Shown piece by piece: positions 34,243-47,663 of a DNA stretch of 64,000 bases. A model generated the notes under the pieces. The model made no database searches. It worked only from the letters and a program-made list of their open reading frames with translations, and was not told the origin of the DNA. The translations under genes and the position numbers were made by a program. Source of the DNA: the human T2T-CHM13v2.0 reference genome, Homo sapiens; assembly GCF_009914755.1 (NCBI RefSeq), contig NC_060930.1. One strand, 5' to 3'. Every line of letters begins with the position of its first letter. The stretch's first letter is position 1.

Positions 34243-35036
34243 AGCTATGTCCTACATAACACTTTGGTCGGTGATGGACTGCATATATGAGAGTGGTCCC
34301 ACAAGATTATAATGGGGGTGAAAAAATCATATTGCCAACTGATGTCATAGCCGTAATAATATTGTAGCACAATGCATTACTTACATGTTTGTGGGATTGC
34401 TGCTGTAAACAATCCTACTGCACTCCCAGCATGGTTAAAAGCAAACAACTATGTATTTTGCTATGCATTTACTACACTCTACTAAACTTTTTGTCATTAT
34501 TTTATTTTATTTTATTTTGGAGGTGGAGTCTTGTTCTGTTGCCCAGGCTGGAGTGCAGTGGTGCAATCTCAGTTCACTGAAACCTCTGCCTCCTGGGTTG
34601 AAGTGATTCTTGTGTCTCAGCATCCCAAGTAGCTGAGATTATAGGTGTGCAACATCATGCTTGGCTAATTTTTTATATTCTTGGTAGAGATGGGGTTTCA
34701 CCATGTTGGTCAGCGTTTTCTTGAACTCCTGACTGCAGATGATCTGCCTACCTCAGCATCCCAAAGTACTGAGATTACAGGTGTGAGCCACTGTGCCTGG
34801 CCTTTGTCATTATTTTAGAGTGCACTCCTTTTACTTATTAAAAAAAGTTAACTGCTAAACAGTCTCAGGCAAGTCCATCAAGAGGTATTCCAGAAGAAGG
34901 CATTGCTATCATAGGAGACGACAGCCTCATGCATGCTCTTACCCGTGAAGTCCTTTCTGGATGTTCACACAATGTCAGAATCACTTGACCGCACATTTCT
35001 CAGAACGTATCCGCATCATTAAACAACACGTGATTG
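34243..35036. mobile_element. Tigger3-like element containing an Alu (-, 34497-34802)
   Basis: gtggtcccacaagattataat...catttctcagaacgtatcc motifs. Confidence 0.78.
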
Positions 35037-36661
35037 TATAATGTTAGCTTTTTGTAGATGCTTTTTATCAAGTGGATGAAGTTTCCTCTATTCCTGCTTT
35101 ATAGAGAGCTTTTATCATGAATGGATATCGAAATGTGTTAAATGTTTATTATGCATCAACTGATATAATCTAACTTTCCTTCTTTTGTTTGTTAACATGG
35201 TGGATTATTTTGATTGACTTTTTGAGATTTAATCAGGTTTGTTTTTCTGGAAACAATCCCCCGCTGGACATGGGTAAATTTTGAAAAATATACTATAGAA
35301 CTCTATTTATCAAGTAAGTTATACATATCTTTATATATATATATGTATATATGTGTGTGTGTGTGACACACACACACTCTCTCTCTCTCTCCTGGTTTTG
35401 GTATCACTGTAATAATAGCTTCAAAAAATAAATTGGGAAATGCTCTCTCTTTTACTGTTTTCTGGAAAAGATTGTGTAGAATTGGTGTTAACTTTTTAAA
35501 AACATGTTAGAATTCTCCAGTTAAACCATCTAAGCATAAATATTTATTTATTGGTAGTTTTAAAATTATGAATTCTATTTTCTTAATGGTTATAGAGTTA
35601 TTCAAATGATCTATTCATGCCTGGTGAGTTGAGTTAGTTTGTGTTGCAGGAGGAACACTGCATTTTGTCCATTTTGTCTATTGTCTAATTTATGTGTGTG
35701 GAGTTGTTTGTAATATTCCTTGATAGTCCTTTGTTATGTGTGTTTATGTCTGTAGTGATATCGCCTGTTTCATTATGATATTTGAAATTTGTTTTTTCCT
35801 TTTAATTTATGCTTGAGTTTGCTAAATTTTATTAATCTTTTAACATAGCTATCTCTTTGTTTCATTGATTTAACCATTGTTTTTCTCTTGTAAATGTAAG
35901 TGTTTTCTGTTCTTATCTTCATTAATCCCCACCCTCTACTTGCTTTGAGTTTATTCTGCTCTTCTTTTTCTAGGTTCCTGAGGTGGAAATCTATTGCTCA
36001 CTAGAGACTTTTCCTCTTTACTAATGCGTGCATTTATTGCTCTAAGTTTCCTTCTCAGTACTTTGATATGTCACAGTTTCATGTTTATCCAGTTCAATGT
36101 ATTTTTAAATTTTTCCTTGAGACTTCTTTGACTGATAGATTATTGTGAAGTGTGTTTTTAAATTTCCAAATGTTTAGGGATTTTCATATCTTTCTTATGC
36201 TGATTTCCAATTGGATTCCCTACAATGATTTCTGGTTTTCATCTGCTCTGGATGATTACTATCTCTTTTAAATTTGTTGTGGCGAGTTTTAGGGCCTAGG
36301 ACAGCTCTATCTTGCCAGGTGTTTCGTCAGCACTCAAAAAAAATATGTGTATTCTGCTGTTACTGTGTGGAATATTCTGTAAATGCCAAATAGATTCTTT
36401 TGGTTAATGGCATTTTGAGTTGTTTTATATTCTTGTTGATTTTCTTTTTTTTCCTCTTTTTAAAAACATGAAATGCTTCACAAAATTTTGTGTAATCTAT
36501 ATTCAAGAACCGTTTTAATCTTGTTGGCATCATTCTGATTTTAGAAAGTGCTGCCAAAGCCAACACTCCTTGCTGATTTTCTGTCTAGTTCTATCAATTA
36601 TTGAAAAAGGCATGAGGAAATTTCTAACTATAATTGTGGATTCATCTATATCTCCTTTCAG

Positions 36662-36696
36662 TTTTCTTTTTTTAAAAAAATCAATGAAAATTTATT
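36662..36696 (-). terminator. PolyA signal (AATAAA, 36696-36691) and genomic polyA remnant of the CTAGE retrocopy
   Basis: + strand reads ttttcttttttt...tttatt at the junction with L1 sequence. Confidence 0.75.
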
Positions 36697-37156
36697 AAAT
36701 TAAGCATAAAGTTACTTTCACATTTATCTACAACCACAGTGAATACAGTTCTTGGCATGAAGACACCACAACCTTTAGAATTTAAAGCCTCCTCACCTGC
36801 AAGATTACATATATAAAACTCCCACTATTGTTTCTCTAAGAGTGGATTAGTTCACCAAGTTAAAAGTTATATGATCTAGAATATAATAAAATGGAAATGA
36901 TTTACTCATAAGATTCATATTCAAACCATCTTTATTTACAAAATACTATCCTGAGAACTATTATTCCATTAAACTTCAATTTGAGAAAAGTGCAATCACT
37001 TAAGTAACAGCAGTTACTTAAACTGAAAATGAGATCAGTCAAAATTACTTTTGAAGAAAGCAACAATATTGTCAGGTGTCTTGCTGTGGTTCTGGATGTC
37101 CAGTAGCAGGCTCCTTTGAAGGCGGAATCAATCCTGAAGGGAACTCGCTTCTACCT

Positions 37157-39490
37157 TCAGAATGTGGGGTTGGGGTAAAATCCAGGTCTCGGATGAAGGT
37201 AAGGAGGTAAACCCCTCGGTGGATAGATGTTTCTCATTGCAAATGGAGCATGTGGTGGACCTGGGAAATCCCTTGGTGGAAAATAACCTCGAGAAGCTCC
37301 AAACATGGTTCCTGGAGGAGGTGGGGGGAAAGGAGGTCCTCTTCTCATGAATGGGCCCCTTGTATCCACTGGAAACAATGGACCGCTGATTGGAGCAAGA
37401 GGTGGAGGAATAAGGCCAGGGCCAGTTGCTTCATTTTCAGCAGGGAGAGATGAATCAGGCACATTTAAATTACCAAGATCATCTTTGGCATCATTTCTAC
37501 TGGATTCCATTTCTGAAGGCATTGACCTATCCATTTTATCCAAAGAAGTCATTTTAAAACTTCTGGGTTCTGCTGGTCCAGACAGTCTTTCAGAATTAGA
37601 ATAAAATCTGTCTTCCCTTTGTGGAGGAAGAGTTGAATCAGGATATGATTGCCCTGGTGGAGGAAACATCATCCTACGGTCCTGTTCCACCGGAGATGAC
37701 AGGGACCCAGTGTCAGAAGGAGCCCTGTGAGGATCGATTAACCTGTCATAGCTTGGTTCTCCTCTTTCATTGGTAATCTGATGGTCCAGGGGATTCCCTG
37801 GGCTGCTTGGGCCTCTTCCTCCTCCCCCTGGAAGCACAGGTGAGAGTCTGAGTGGATCCTCCAACAAAGTTTGAGGAGAGGGAAAAGCTCTCGTTTCAGA
37901 TGAAGGCCGACCCAATGGTGAGGGACTACATGGGGAATGCTCTCTGCCAAATGCTGTATTTGAAACATCGAGTGCATTAGGATCTTTTTCTAAAAGTTCA
38001 AATTTCAACTCTCTTTCAGTTAATTTTTGTTTGTTGTGAGCATTTTCTTTCCTTAAATCACTGAGGTTTCTTTCAGCAGTCCGAGCTGCCAACCAATTAT
38101 CATGTCCTCTTTTCTCGTAGGAAATAACCTGCTTTTGATAAAAATGAACAGTTCTCTCCAATTCTTCTTCAAGATCTTTGGCTAGCTTTCTATAGGTCTC
38201 CAGCTCTTCAGTGGCATGGCTGATCTTTTCTTCCACTCTAGAAAGCTTCTCTTCTTCCTCTATTCGGTAATTTTCCTCCACTGTTAATTTCCTGTAGAGT
38301 TTCATTTCATTTTCTTGATAGAATTCAGTCATTATTTTAAGTTTCTGTTGAAGCTTCTGATTCTCACTTTCAAAATATATGTTTTCTGATTGCAAAGATG
38401 CTTGTTGAGTCTGAAGATTTTTAATATGCTCTGTAAGCTCTTCCTTTGTTTTGTCCACTTCAGATAACTGAATAATAATGTGGTTTCTTTCTCCTTCTAA
38501 GCTTTTTAAAGAAACATTTAACTTAGCAGCATGAATCAGTTTCTTCAAAGCTCCTTTCGGAGGATCATCTAAGTTAGCACCATTTTCCCATTGACTGTTC
38601 ACTTTTAATTCCAGGTTATCATCATCCGTTGTGTCTTCTTCAAGCACAGCAGCCTGATCTTTCATCATTGGCAAGTGTCCAGTCAGGGTCTTGATGTGAT
38701 TTTCTTTATCATTCAGAACTTGTTCTGCGTGTACTTTGGAGTCTTCAAATGTTATTTTCTGTTTATTAAGTTCACTCACTTGTCCTTTCCATACTTCAGC
38801 TTCTTGCTGAAAAAGCTGTTTATGGCTTGTCTGAAGTTGAGAATTTTCATTCAAAGCATCTTTTATTGCTATAGCCCGTCGTTCTTCACTCATTTTAAAT
38901 GTCTTGCAGATGATTTTGGCTTCAGCTATTTGTGATTTGAGGGATTTTGACTCATCTTCTAGAGACTGTATACTTTTTGAAATATCCGCCATCAATTCAT
39001 CTTGTTGAGAATGTTTAGATTTCTCTTCTTTTAAGTCTTTTTCTAGACAGAGGATTTCATCCTCAAGTTCAGAATTGGACCTGCTCAGCTTTTCACAGGT
39101 TGCCTCCAAACTTCGTGCTTCTTCTGCTGCCGCCTTCTCAAAGCTGGCATCCTCTAAAGATGACTCTACTTCATAGCCTTCATACTCTTTTTGAATAAGG
39201 CTAAACTTTTCAAGTAGTTTACATTTTTCTTCAATTAGTCCAGAAAGCGTTGCACCAAGTTTTTGCTCTCTTCCCACATAAAGCCGACTCCTAACCGATC
39301 TAAAACTTCTCCACAAAAAAAGGAGAACAACAAAAAATCCAATAACAGCTGCACATACCACCAGTTCCGATGGAAAACCATAAGGATTCTCATCTGGTCT
39401 CATACTCTCAGGTAGTGCTGCCACAACTCTGCCTAGCTCCTCCAGGACCAGCCCCAGGTAGGGCTGAGGGGTAGCACCAGGCTCCTCCAT
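37157..39490 (-). CDS. CTAGE9: cTAGE family member 9, 777 aa intronless retrogene of CTAGE5/MIA2 (TM anchor, coiled coils, proline-rich C-terminus)
   Basis: ATG at 39490 ([13 protein letters not shown]); the 830-aa ORF call starts at an upstream GTG; no introns; AATAAA and polyA remnant downstream. Confidence 0.93.
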   Translation of the reverse strand: MEEPGATPQPYLGLVLEELGRVVAALPESMRPDENPYGFPSELVVCAAVIGFFVVLLFLWRSFRSVRSRLYVGREQKLGATLSGLIEEKCKLLEKFSLIQKEYEGYEVESSLEDASFEKAAAEEARSLEATCEKLSRSNSELEDEILCLEKDLKEEKSKHSQQDELMADISKSIQSLEDESKSLKSQIAEAKIICKTFKMSEERRAIAIKDALNENSQLQTSHKQLFQQEAEVWKGQVSELNKQKITFEDSKVHAEQVLNDKENHIKTLTGHLPMMKDQAAVLEEDTTDDDNLELKVNSQWENGANLDDPPKGALKKLIHAAKLNVSLKSLEGERNHIIIQLSEVDKTKEELTEHIKNLQTQQASLQSENIYFESENQKLQQKLKIMTEFYQENEMKLYRKLTVEENYRIEEEEKLSRVEEKISHATEELETYRKLAKDLEEELERTVHFYQKQVISYEKRGHDNWLAARTAERNLSDLRKENAHNKQKLTERELKFELLEKDPNALDVSNTAFGREHSPCSPSPLGRPSSETRAFPSPQTLLEDPLRLSPVLPGGGGRGPSSPGNPLDHQITNERGEPSYDRLIDPHRAPSDTGSLSSPVEQDRRMMFPPPGQSYPDSTLPPQREDRFYSNSERLSGPAEPRSFKMTSLDKMDRSMPSEMESSRNDAKDDLGNLNVPDSSLPAENEATGPGLIPPPLAPISGPLFPVDTRGPFMRRGPPFPPPPPGTMFGASRGYFPPRDFPGPPHAPFAMRNIYPPRGLPPYLHPRPGFYPNPTF

Positions 39491-39750
39491 AGCGTCGAGG
39501 CTGCTCTGGCGGTCACCGCAGTAACACTGGCCACAACAAGCGGTGGAGAACACGCAGCCTTGGGTCTGGAACCCGAATGCGCACGTGACAACCAACCGGA
39601 GCGGACCACTGTGGAGCGGGCTGCGGGGGGAGCTGGGGAACGCGGGCACCCACAGGCCTCACAGGCCCATGTTGTCCCCCACCACCTCCCCTGGCCCTCT
39701 TGTTACACTTTACATCCTGAGGCAGCGCTGGTCTGAGCCCGGCCCGCCTT
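39480..39750 (-). promoter_or_regulatory. Small CpG/GC-rich segment: retrotransposed 5' UTR of the CTAGE5 parent, possible promoter
   Basis: High GC and CpG density in an otherwise AT-rich window; ends abruptly at ~39750. Confidence 0.55.
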
Positions 39751-41407
39751 AGTTCTGGCAGTTTTCACATCACATATTTTGAAGCTTTATTTTTTGGTGA
39801 ATACACTTTTAAAATTGCTGTCTTCTTCATGGATTAAACCTTTGATCATTACATAATCTCTGGTTTTGGTAGTTTTCTTTGCTTTATCTGATATGCATAC
39901 AGACACTCTTGCTTTCCTTTCATTAATGTTTGTGTAATATATCTTTTTTCATCCTGTTAATTTGGCCTGCCCTGTATTGGTAAAATTCAAGTGAGTTTCT
40001 TGTACACAGCATACAAGAAACATATAAGAAAGGGTCATACTTTTAAATACACTCTTCTATTATCTATCTCTTGGTAGACCATTCATAATTAAATGAATTA
40101 TTGATACTTTAATGCGTAAGCCTGACATTTTTTGTTTTCTCTATCAATTCTTGTTTCTCTGCTTATTTTTCATGACTTCATGTGGGTTACTTGAACATTT
40201 GTTTTAGAATTCCATTTTGTTATTTATAGTGTTTATAGTGTATCTTCTTTTTTATAGTTTTTTTGGTTGCATTTTATAGCTTAGTGGTTGCATTTTACAG
40301 CTTAGTGTATATTCATTTATATAAACATTATCACAGTCAATTGGTATCATCTTTATTCCAGTCTGAGTGAAGTATAGCAACCTTCTGTCATATTATGTCT
40401 CTTTACTCTATCAAATTTGTAGTATAATGGTCTTACATCCATTTAGAATAACACTAGACAATGCTATGATTTTTGCTTGAAACATCAAACATAATTTAGG
40501 AAATTAGAATCTATGAAAATAAAGTGAGCATTTTAAAGCTTCCAGAAAGAAATCTGACACAACCTGTTTTGTCTTTCATTTTTTCTTTCTTTCCTTTATA
40601 TTCACCATAGATGTTATGATGCCCTATCTGTTAACTCCAATATCTGGATTATCTATGAGTTTGTTTTTAATAACTGATTTATTTCTTATCAGTCTGTTTT
40701 ACTTGCTTTTTTGTATATTTGGTACTTTTTTTAAAGTATGCTGAATTTATGGATAATATGATATAGAACTACTCAAGAATTTTGAATTTTTTTTCTGGGC
40801 AGAATTTGTAATTACTTGCAGATCATCTTGCTGCTCTCAAGACCTAGTTTTAAGCTGTGTTATGATAATTATATTTTATTTTCCTCTTAGAACATATGCC
40901 TCACTCCTGGGATACTGCACCTCTCCTAAGAGAATTTTTAGAGTCCCAACTGAGTTTCTCAGTTGTTTGCCAACATTTCCCCATTTGGCTGGATCTGAAC
41001 TCCAGTAGCTTTCCAAGAAGTTTTTAGTCCCTGATGATCTCTTATGCTTTCTGTATCCCAGCAGTTTCTTTCTCCAAGGTCTCCCCTCTTCTTAGCCAAC
41101 TGTCACATAGCTAAGGAGTCACAGAAGGACCAAAATGGCATGTATACACCCATTTCTAGGTTCTTTCTCTCTCCCATATGGTACATTGACCCCCAATTCC
41201 TAACCAATTTAGCAGCTTTGAACTCTATTCATTGCTTCTTTTGGTTCCCAAGACCACTAACCCCTGGTTGGGTCCCATTTTCCTGTACCAAGGTCAGGAA
41301 GATGCCTTTCTGGAAAATCCTGGCAAATGTGGTACTAACCTCATGTGCCTCACCTTCCTGAAAGATCTCATACCTGACTTGCTACAACAATGTTCTTCAA
41401 TGCCTGC

Positions 41408-41789
41408 TGATATGGTTTGGCTGTGTCCTTACGCAGATCCCATCTTGAATTGTAGCTTGCATAATTCCCACATGTAGCCAGCCCACCTGAACCATGCTCA
41501 GCAGCTGGTGAGAGGTAATTGAATCATGGGGGTGGGTCTTTCCCATGCTGTTGTTGTGATAGTGAATAAGTCTCATGAGATCTGATGGTTTTACAAAGGG
41601 GAGCTTCCCTGCACATGCCCTCTCTCTTGTCTGCCATGTAAGATGTGCCTTTGCTTTTCCTTTGCCTTCTATCATGATTGTGAGTTCTCCCCAGCCATGT
41701 GGAACTGTGAGTTCACTAAACCTCTTTCTTTTATAAATTACCCAGTCTTGGGTATGTCTTTATTAGCAGCATGAGAACAGACTAATACA
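41408..41789. mobile_element. THE1 (MaLR) solo LTR
   Basis: tgatatggtttggctgtgtcc...agactaataca; 5-bp TSD cctgc. Confidence 0.9.
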
Positions 41790-42167
41790 CCTGCCAAGAA
41801 TTTTTTTCTATATTTTGGCCAGATTGTATAGTTTTTTATGGTGGGAGGGTGAATCTGACACAAGCTATTTGGTGTCAAGTAGCCAAGTCACATACTAATT
41901 TATTTTTAATGTAAAGCTATACAACCTTCTTTCTATACCTAAATTTTTAATTAAAATATAATAATTAAAATATTACTAAAAATTTCTTAATGATTTTATT
42001 TCATGGTGAAAGAGACTCAGTCTGGAATGTAAAGTATGTCTTACCAGTATTTCTCGTTTTGCAGGACATTGTCTAGGTGTCCCTCTCCCATGGATGATCA
42101 TTAGTGTGGTTTATTTTTATGCTTTGAGAAAATAAGTCTGTAGTATGTTACTACATTCTACTATATA

Positions 42168-42716
42168 AAGATACACTTCAACTTATGATAGGATTATGTT
42201 CCAATAAACCCATCATAAGTTGGTAATATTATAAGTTGATGATGCTTTTTTTAAAAAAATATAGACTGTTGTCCTGTTGCCCAGGCTGGAGTGCAGTGGC
42301 TATTCTCAGGTGTAGTCATAGTACACTATATTCTCAAAGTCTTTGAGCTCAAACAATCCTCCTGCCTCAGCTTCCTGAAGAGCTGGGACTGACTATAGGC
42401 ACACACCACTATACCTGGCTTGAAGATATGTTTAATAAACCTAACCTACCAAACATCATAGCTTAGCCTAGCCCACCTGAACCATGCTTAGAACACTAAC
42501 ATTAGCCTACAGTTGGGCAAAATCATCTTACACAAAGCCTATATTATAGTAAGCTGTTGAATATTTCATGTAATTTATTGAATACTGTACTGAAAAGGAA
42601 AAACATCATGGTAGCATGAGTACTTGAAATATGGTTTCTACTGAATGAATATCACTTTCCCACCATTGTACAGTTGAAAATCTTAAGTGAAATCATTGTA
42701 AGTTGGTGACTCTCTG
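42168..42716. mobile_element. MER47A-like Tigger element interrupted by a FAM (fossil Alu monomer, -, ~42246-42419)
   Basis: aataaacccatcataagtt...cctaacctaccaaacatcatagcttagcctagcc...; FAM-type gtgcagtggctattc. Confidence 0.8.
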
Positions 42717-43509
42717 CATTTATTTATTTTACTACTTTCCTTTTTTCTTTTAATAGTTGAAAGCCATCATAAGGTAAAATATTATTGCCTAAAAATACTC
42801 TGCTTCTCTGGAAAATAAAAAAGACAGAAGTTTCAAAGAAATCTTTCAAGAGATATAAAAATCATATGAAAATGAAATAATTAAAGAATAAATCTGTAAT
42901 TATGCATGTTGTAAAATACAAATGGGAGGCTGGAAGAGAGACTGTAGATGCACCGTGAAAATGAAAGCAGAAATAAAGTAGGAATGGAAACATTTATATA
43001 GGAGTTGTGAGATACAGCATCATATTTTTGTTCTACACTAAATAGTTTTCATGTCTAGCAGAGGACTTGGAAATTATAAGCTACTCAACAGTGAATCTCA
43101 GAGCTTTCTCCATTCATCTCACAGTTAGTCTTATATAAATATACAGCTCTGTAATGATTATATATATCAATTTTTTTTCCAGTCAAGGACTTTTCCTCCA
43201 CATGTTCATTTCCGTGAAAAATATCACTTGGTACTAGATGATGTGAATGGCTATGATTGAACTGGTTACTTAGGGTAATAGGTTGACATCTTGTTTCGGC
43301 AATTAAACAATAAAAAAGTTGTTCTTTATTAAGATATGAATCCATTTCTTAAAGAAATGGGTTCCATAGATTTCCATAGCATTAAGCATGTTGGTAATTC
43401 AAATGCCTCATCACTGAACAAAAATGCTCAACCTCAGAGACTATCCTTGCACATAAAAATTTTTCTTATTTTCAGTTGAGTATGGGCCAACTCATATCAA
43501 ACATTATTG

Positions 43510-44404
43510 ATAGAGATTGGAGCACCTGCTCTGGATCAGGGTAGGGTCCTCCACAGCTAGAACTGTGGAAAACATCTCAACAGTAGGCACTGGAATTGTG
43601 TTTTCCCCAGTCACAGGCCTTGGGCAAGAGGAGAGCTGCTATGGCTGTGGTTTCTCCTGGACAATGAGACTTTTAGCCAGCGCCAGCTTGATGAACTAGA
43701 ACTGGTCTGTGTGTGTTATTTTTGGGTGACCCAGCCTACTTCCTTGAGACTGTGGTGTAGCAGGGCCTTCTCCATTCTACACATAAGCAGATCGCCAAGC
43801 ATTTAAAGCACTTGCTCACATGGGCTGGCAGCCTGGGTTGCCCCTTCCTTCCTGTGCAGAGATCCTTGTGCAAGGGGACCATCTCCACTTCATGCCCAGG
43901 CAGACATCCAGGGATTCAGAGTGCCCATCAGCATGAATCAGCAATCTGAGCTGCTCCGTTCTTCTGGTGCAGAGATTGCGGTGTAGTGGGACCCTCTCTG
44001 CTCCACAGATTTCCAGGTATTTGGAGCATCTGCTCACCTGGAGCAGTAGCCTGAGCCACCCCATCCTTCCTGTGCAGGGATATTGGTGTAAGGAGACCCT
44101 CTCCACTCCACAACCAGGCAGATCTCCAGGCATTTGGAGCAGCCACTCTCCTGGAGTAAGAGATTAGGCTTCCTCTGGCACCCTTATGCAGAGAATTTGG
44201 GGCCAACTTCCACGCCGAGGCACGCCGCTGGACACTTGGTGGCTGCCCACTGGACTCTCCCTCAGAGTTGGTGCTAGTGCTTATTGTTGGGGGACCTGTA
44301 GATGGGCTTGCCAGGTCCAGCCCCACCCAGTGTTTTCTCGGTAAACAAGAATCAAGTATATACCCAGCCCCACTGGCTGCAACCTGCTGTTACCCATAAG
44401 CGCA
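43510..44404 (+). mobile_element. Probable old L1P(B/4) 5' region with ~110-bp degenerate tandem units, truncated at ~44404
   Basis: Units start near 43764, 43876, 43988 and 44093 (gg.cc.tctcca...caggcagat.tccagg.attt.gag). Confidence 0.6.
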
Positions 44405-45149
44405 TTCTGGGTAACCCAGGCTGCCAGCCCATGTGAGCAAGTGCTTTAAATGCTTGGCGATCTGCTTATGTGTAGAATGGAGATACCGCACAGGAAGACA
44501 GACTTGGCAACTGATCTGGCATCAGGAGAGAAGTCTTATTCATCTCCCACCTGTGTCATTACCCAGCTGTGGTAGAGAACCCCAGCCTTGATTTCAACTG
44601 TGTTAATTAGACATGGGGAAGATAATGGAGAATTTGTTCCAAAATATTTCATATGGGACTTGGAAGTTGAGCTAACTTATGACAGATAGAATCAACTCAT
44701 TTTCCAAGTGCCAGCTATCATTGTTCCATATGTAACTTCCAAAGCTAAATTAATGATTAGACATGAACATGAGGAGGTAGAGAGCAAATTTCCAAAGTTT
44801 TTACTTGGAAATAAATAGAAAAGAGAGTTTTCAAACAATATTTTAATATTTTGCTTCTGAATGAAATTTTGCAATATTTACTATAGTTTTTAAATTGAGC
44901 TGGATTAGGAGATGGAAATATTTTAAAAAACTAGATTTTTCTGAAAATAGAAAAATAACCATAGTACGAGCATTAGAAAATTTACCAAAAAACTTAGTCA
45001 AAAAACCTTTTTCTTTCTTTCATTAATGAACATTCTAGCTTTCCACACAGAATTTAAAACTTAATTACCTCCTACTAAATAATTCCATTAATATTGGGAA
45101 ACCAAATATCTATGCAGTAAGAATAAAAACATTTATTTATTTATAATTA

Positions 45150-45545
<396 letters not shown>

Positions 45546-45600
45546 TTACAGGTGTGAGCCATCATTCCCAGCTGAGAATAAAAACACTTTTTAAAACCTA

Positions 45601-45918
<318 letters not shown>

Positions 45919-46270
45919 CTATAGTTGTCATATGCCAGCAATTTTATTGGCATTAACTAAGATAAGGAAATGAAGTGACATCCTTAGGATATCAAACTTA
46001 ATTTCCTTCTGAATCAGGACTTGTCTTGCTTTCCCCATTCCAGGTACTTACCTGGCCTCTCTTTTCTTCCCTCTACTGGGTAGAGTTGAGTGAGTGTGGC
46101 CTGGTCAGATTTGTGATTTATTTTTTAATTTGTGATTTATTTTTATTTTCTATTTAAACTGAATTAGAGTCAGTTATGAATTTTTTTAATGTTGATTTTT
46201 TAAAGACACTAAATTACTGTCCTGTTGTTAGTCGAGTCGAGTTTGTAAAAACAAACAGAAACCCTGCGGG

Positions 46271-46272
<2 letters not shown>

Positions 46273-46318
<46 letters not shown>
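46273..46318. repeat. (GT)n microsatellite
   Basis: Seen directly. Confidence 0.97.
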
Positions 46319-46320
<2 letters not shown>

Positions 46321-46684
46321 TTGCCCTTGGGGTGAGAGGTGAGGGTGGGGAAGAAAATGAGAGAATCTTTTAGGGCCAGCCTTTGGAAATAGGAGTCCTT
46401 TGTTCCCTTCAGAGATCAAATTTGACTCAGTATAACATTGTTGCTTTAAAAGATCTAGGTTCATTTATCGCTATTTTCCAAGTATGAAAAACAGCTACTT
46501 ATAAAATTGTTAATACTGCTCAATTCAAAACAGTATTAAAATGTAGGCAAAAACTAATTAATTAAATTTGAAAATTTATTCAAATAATAAAGCTACAGCC
46601 TATGGAAGAAAATCACAAAGGTAAACATAATTATAATAATAATCTCTGAATTTACAGAATATACTAGCTTCTTTTTACCAAGTA

Positions 46685-47031
46685 CAGTTATGTGTTGTAT
46701 AACAACATTTTGGCCAACAATGAACTGCTTGTGTGATGGTGGTCCCATAAGATTATAATACTATAGTTCTACTATAACTTTTCTATGTTTACATGTGCTT
46801 AGATACACAAATCCTTACCATTGTGTTACAGCTGCCTGTGGTATTCAGTACAGTAGCATGCTGTACAGGTTTGTAGCTAGGAGCAATAGGTTAGACCACA
46901 TAGCCCAGGTGCGTAGAAGGCTGTACCATCCAGGCTTGTGTAAGTGTACTCTGTGATGTTTCCACAATGATAAACTTGCATAAGAATGCATTTCTCAGAA
47001 CATATTCCTGCCCTTAAGCAACGCATGACTG
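46685..47031. mobile_element. Tigger3a-like element
   Basis: TIRs cagttatgtgttg / caacgcatgactg. Confidence 0.85.
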
Positions 47032-47584
47032 GATTATAATTAACTTGCCCTGCCTATTCTTTATTCATGCTTTCATATTATTTTCCTAGACATCTTCACT
47101 GGAAAACAGAAATTGATATTTTTCCCCAGTTGCAAAGATTTATTCCTAAAGCATTGAAATGCTAAAATAACATATTAACCAAACTATTCTTCAGCATATA
47201 GTCATTGATGTGTAAAGGTACACCCATGAGCTTGAAGACAAATTCATTTTTTTTTAAAATATGTACCTTTATTACTAGCCTTAGTCAGTATCTATCAGTC
47301 AGAGACTTTTGAATTCTATTTATAGATCCTGGAATTTTCCTTTCTTCTCTCGTACCCTTCTGTTTGTTCCATTATGGTTATGAATTTGAGCATGAAAATA
47401 AATATATTTATTCATTATTGATATAAAAATTTATTCTGTTGTTGATAGAAAAATATATTATTCTGTTGTTGATAAAAAAATTTACTTATAAAATTTACAG
47501 AAACTATATAAAATTAGTTAAATCTTACACTATGGTCTCATATCAATATATTGATCAGTGTGTAATAATATTTTTTCTTTATAG

Positions 47585-47651
47585 GAGTAAATCAAATACA
47601 AATTGTGGAGGAGGCAACCATGGTTATAACAATGAGTTTAGGAGCATGGAG
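47585..47651 (+). CDS. ENPP3: ENPP3 exon (16), 67 nt: [22 protein letters not shown] (Zn-ligand His of GNHGY)
   Basis: ttatag|G AGT...GAG|gtaact; ORF 47439..47675. Confidence 0.97.
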
Positions 47652-47663
47652 GTAACTTACTGC

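Larger units (their letters stand above)
33930..40900 (-). mobile_element. Old L1M element, fragmented by Tigger3/Alu and by the CTAGE9 retrocopy
   Basis: T-rich L1M antisense motifs; ...ctatatctcctttcagtt (36660) resumes as ...ccttagttctggcagtttt...tattttgaagct (39750). Confidence 0.75.

Noticed and set aside
37162-37604. Plus-strand Gly-rich ORFs overlapping CTAGE9
   Set aside because: Antisense shadows of the Pro-rich coding region
43764-44200. ~110-bp periodic array that superficially resembles a repeat-spacer array
   Set aside because: Whole units are homologous and degenerate with no unique spacers; consistent with an old L1 5' region; mammalian DNA, so not CRISPR
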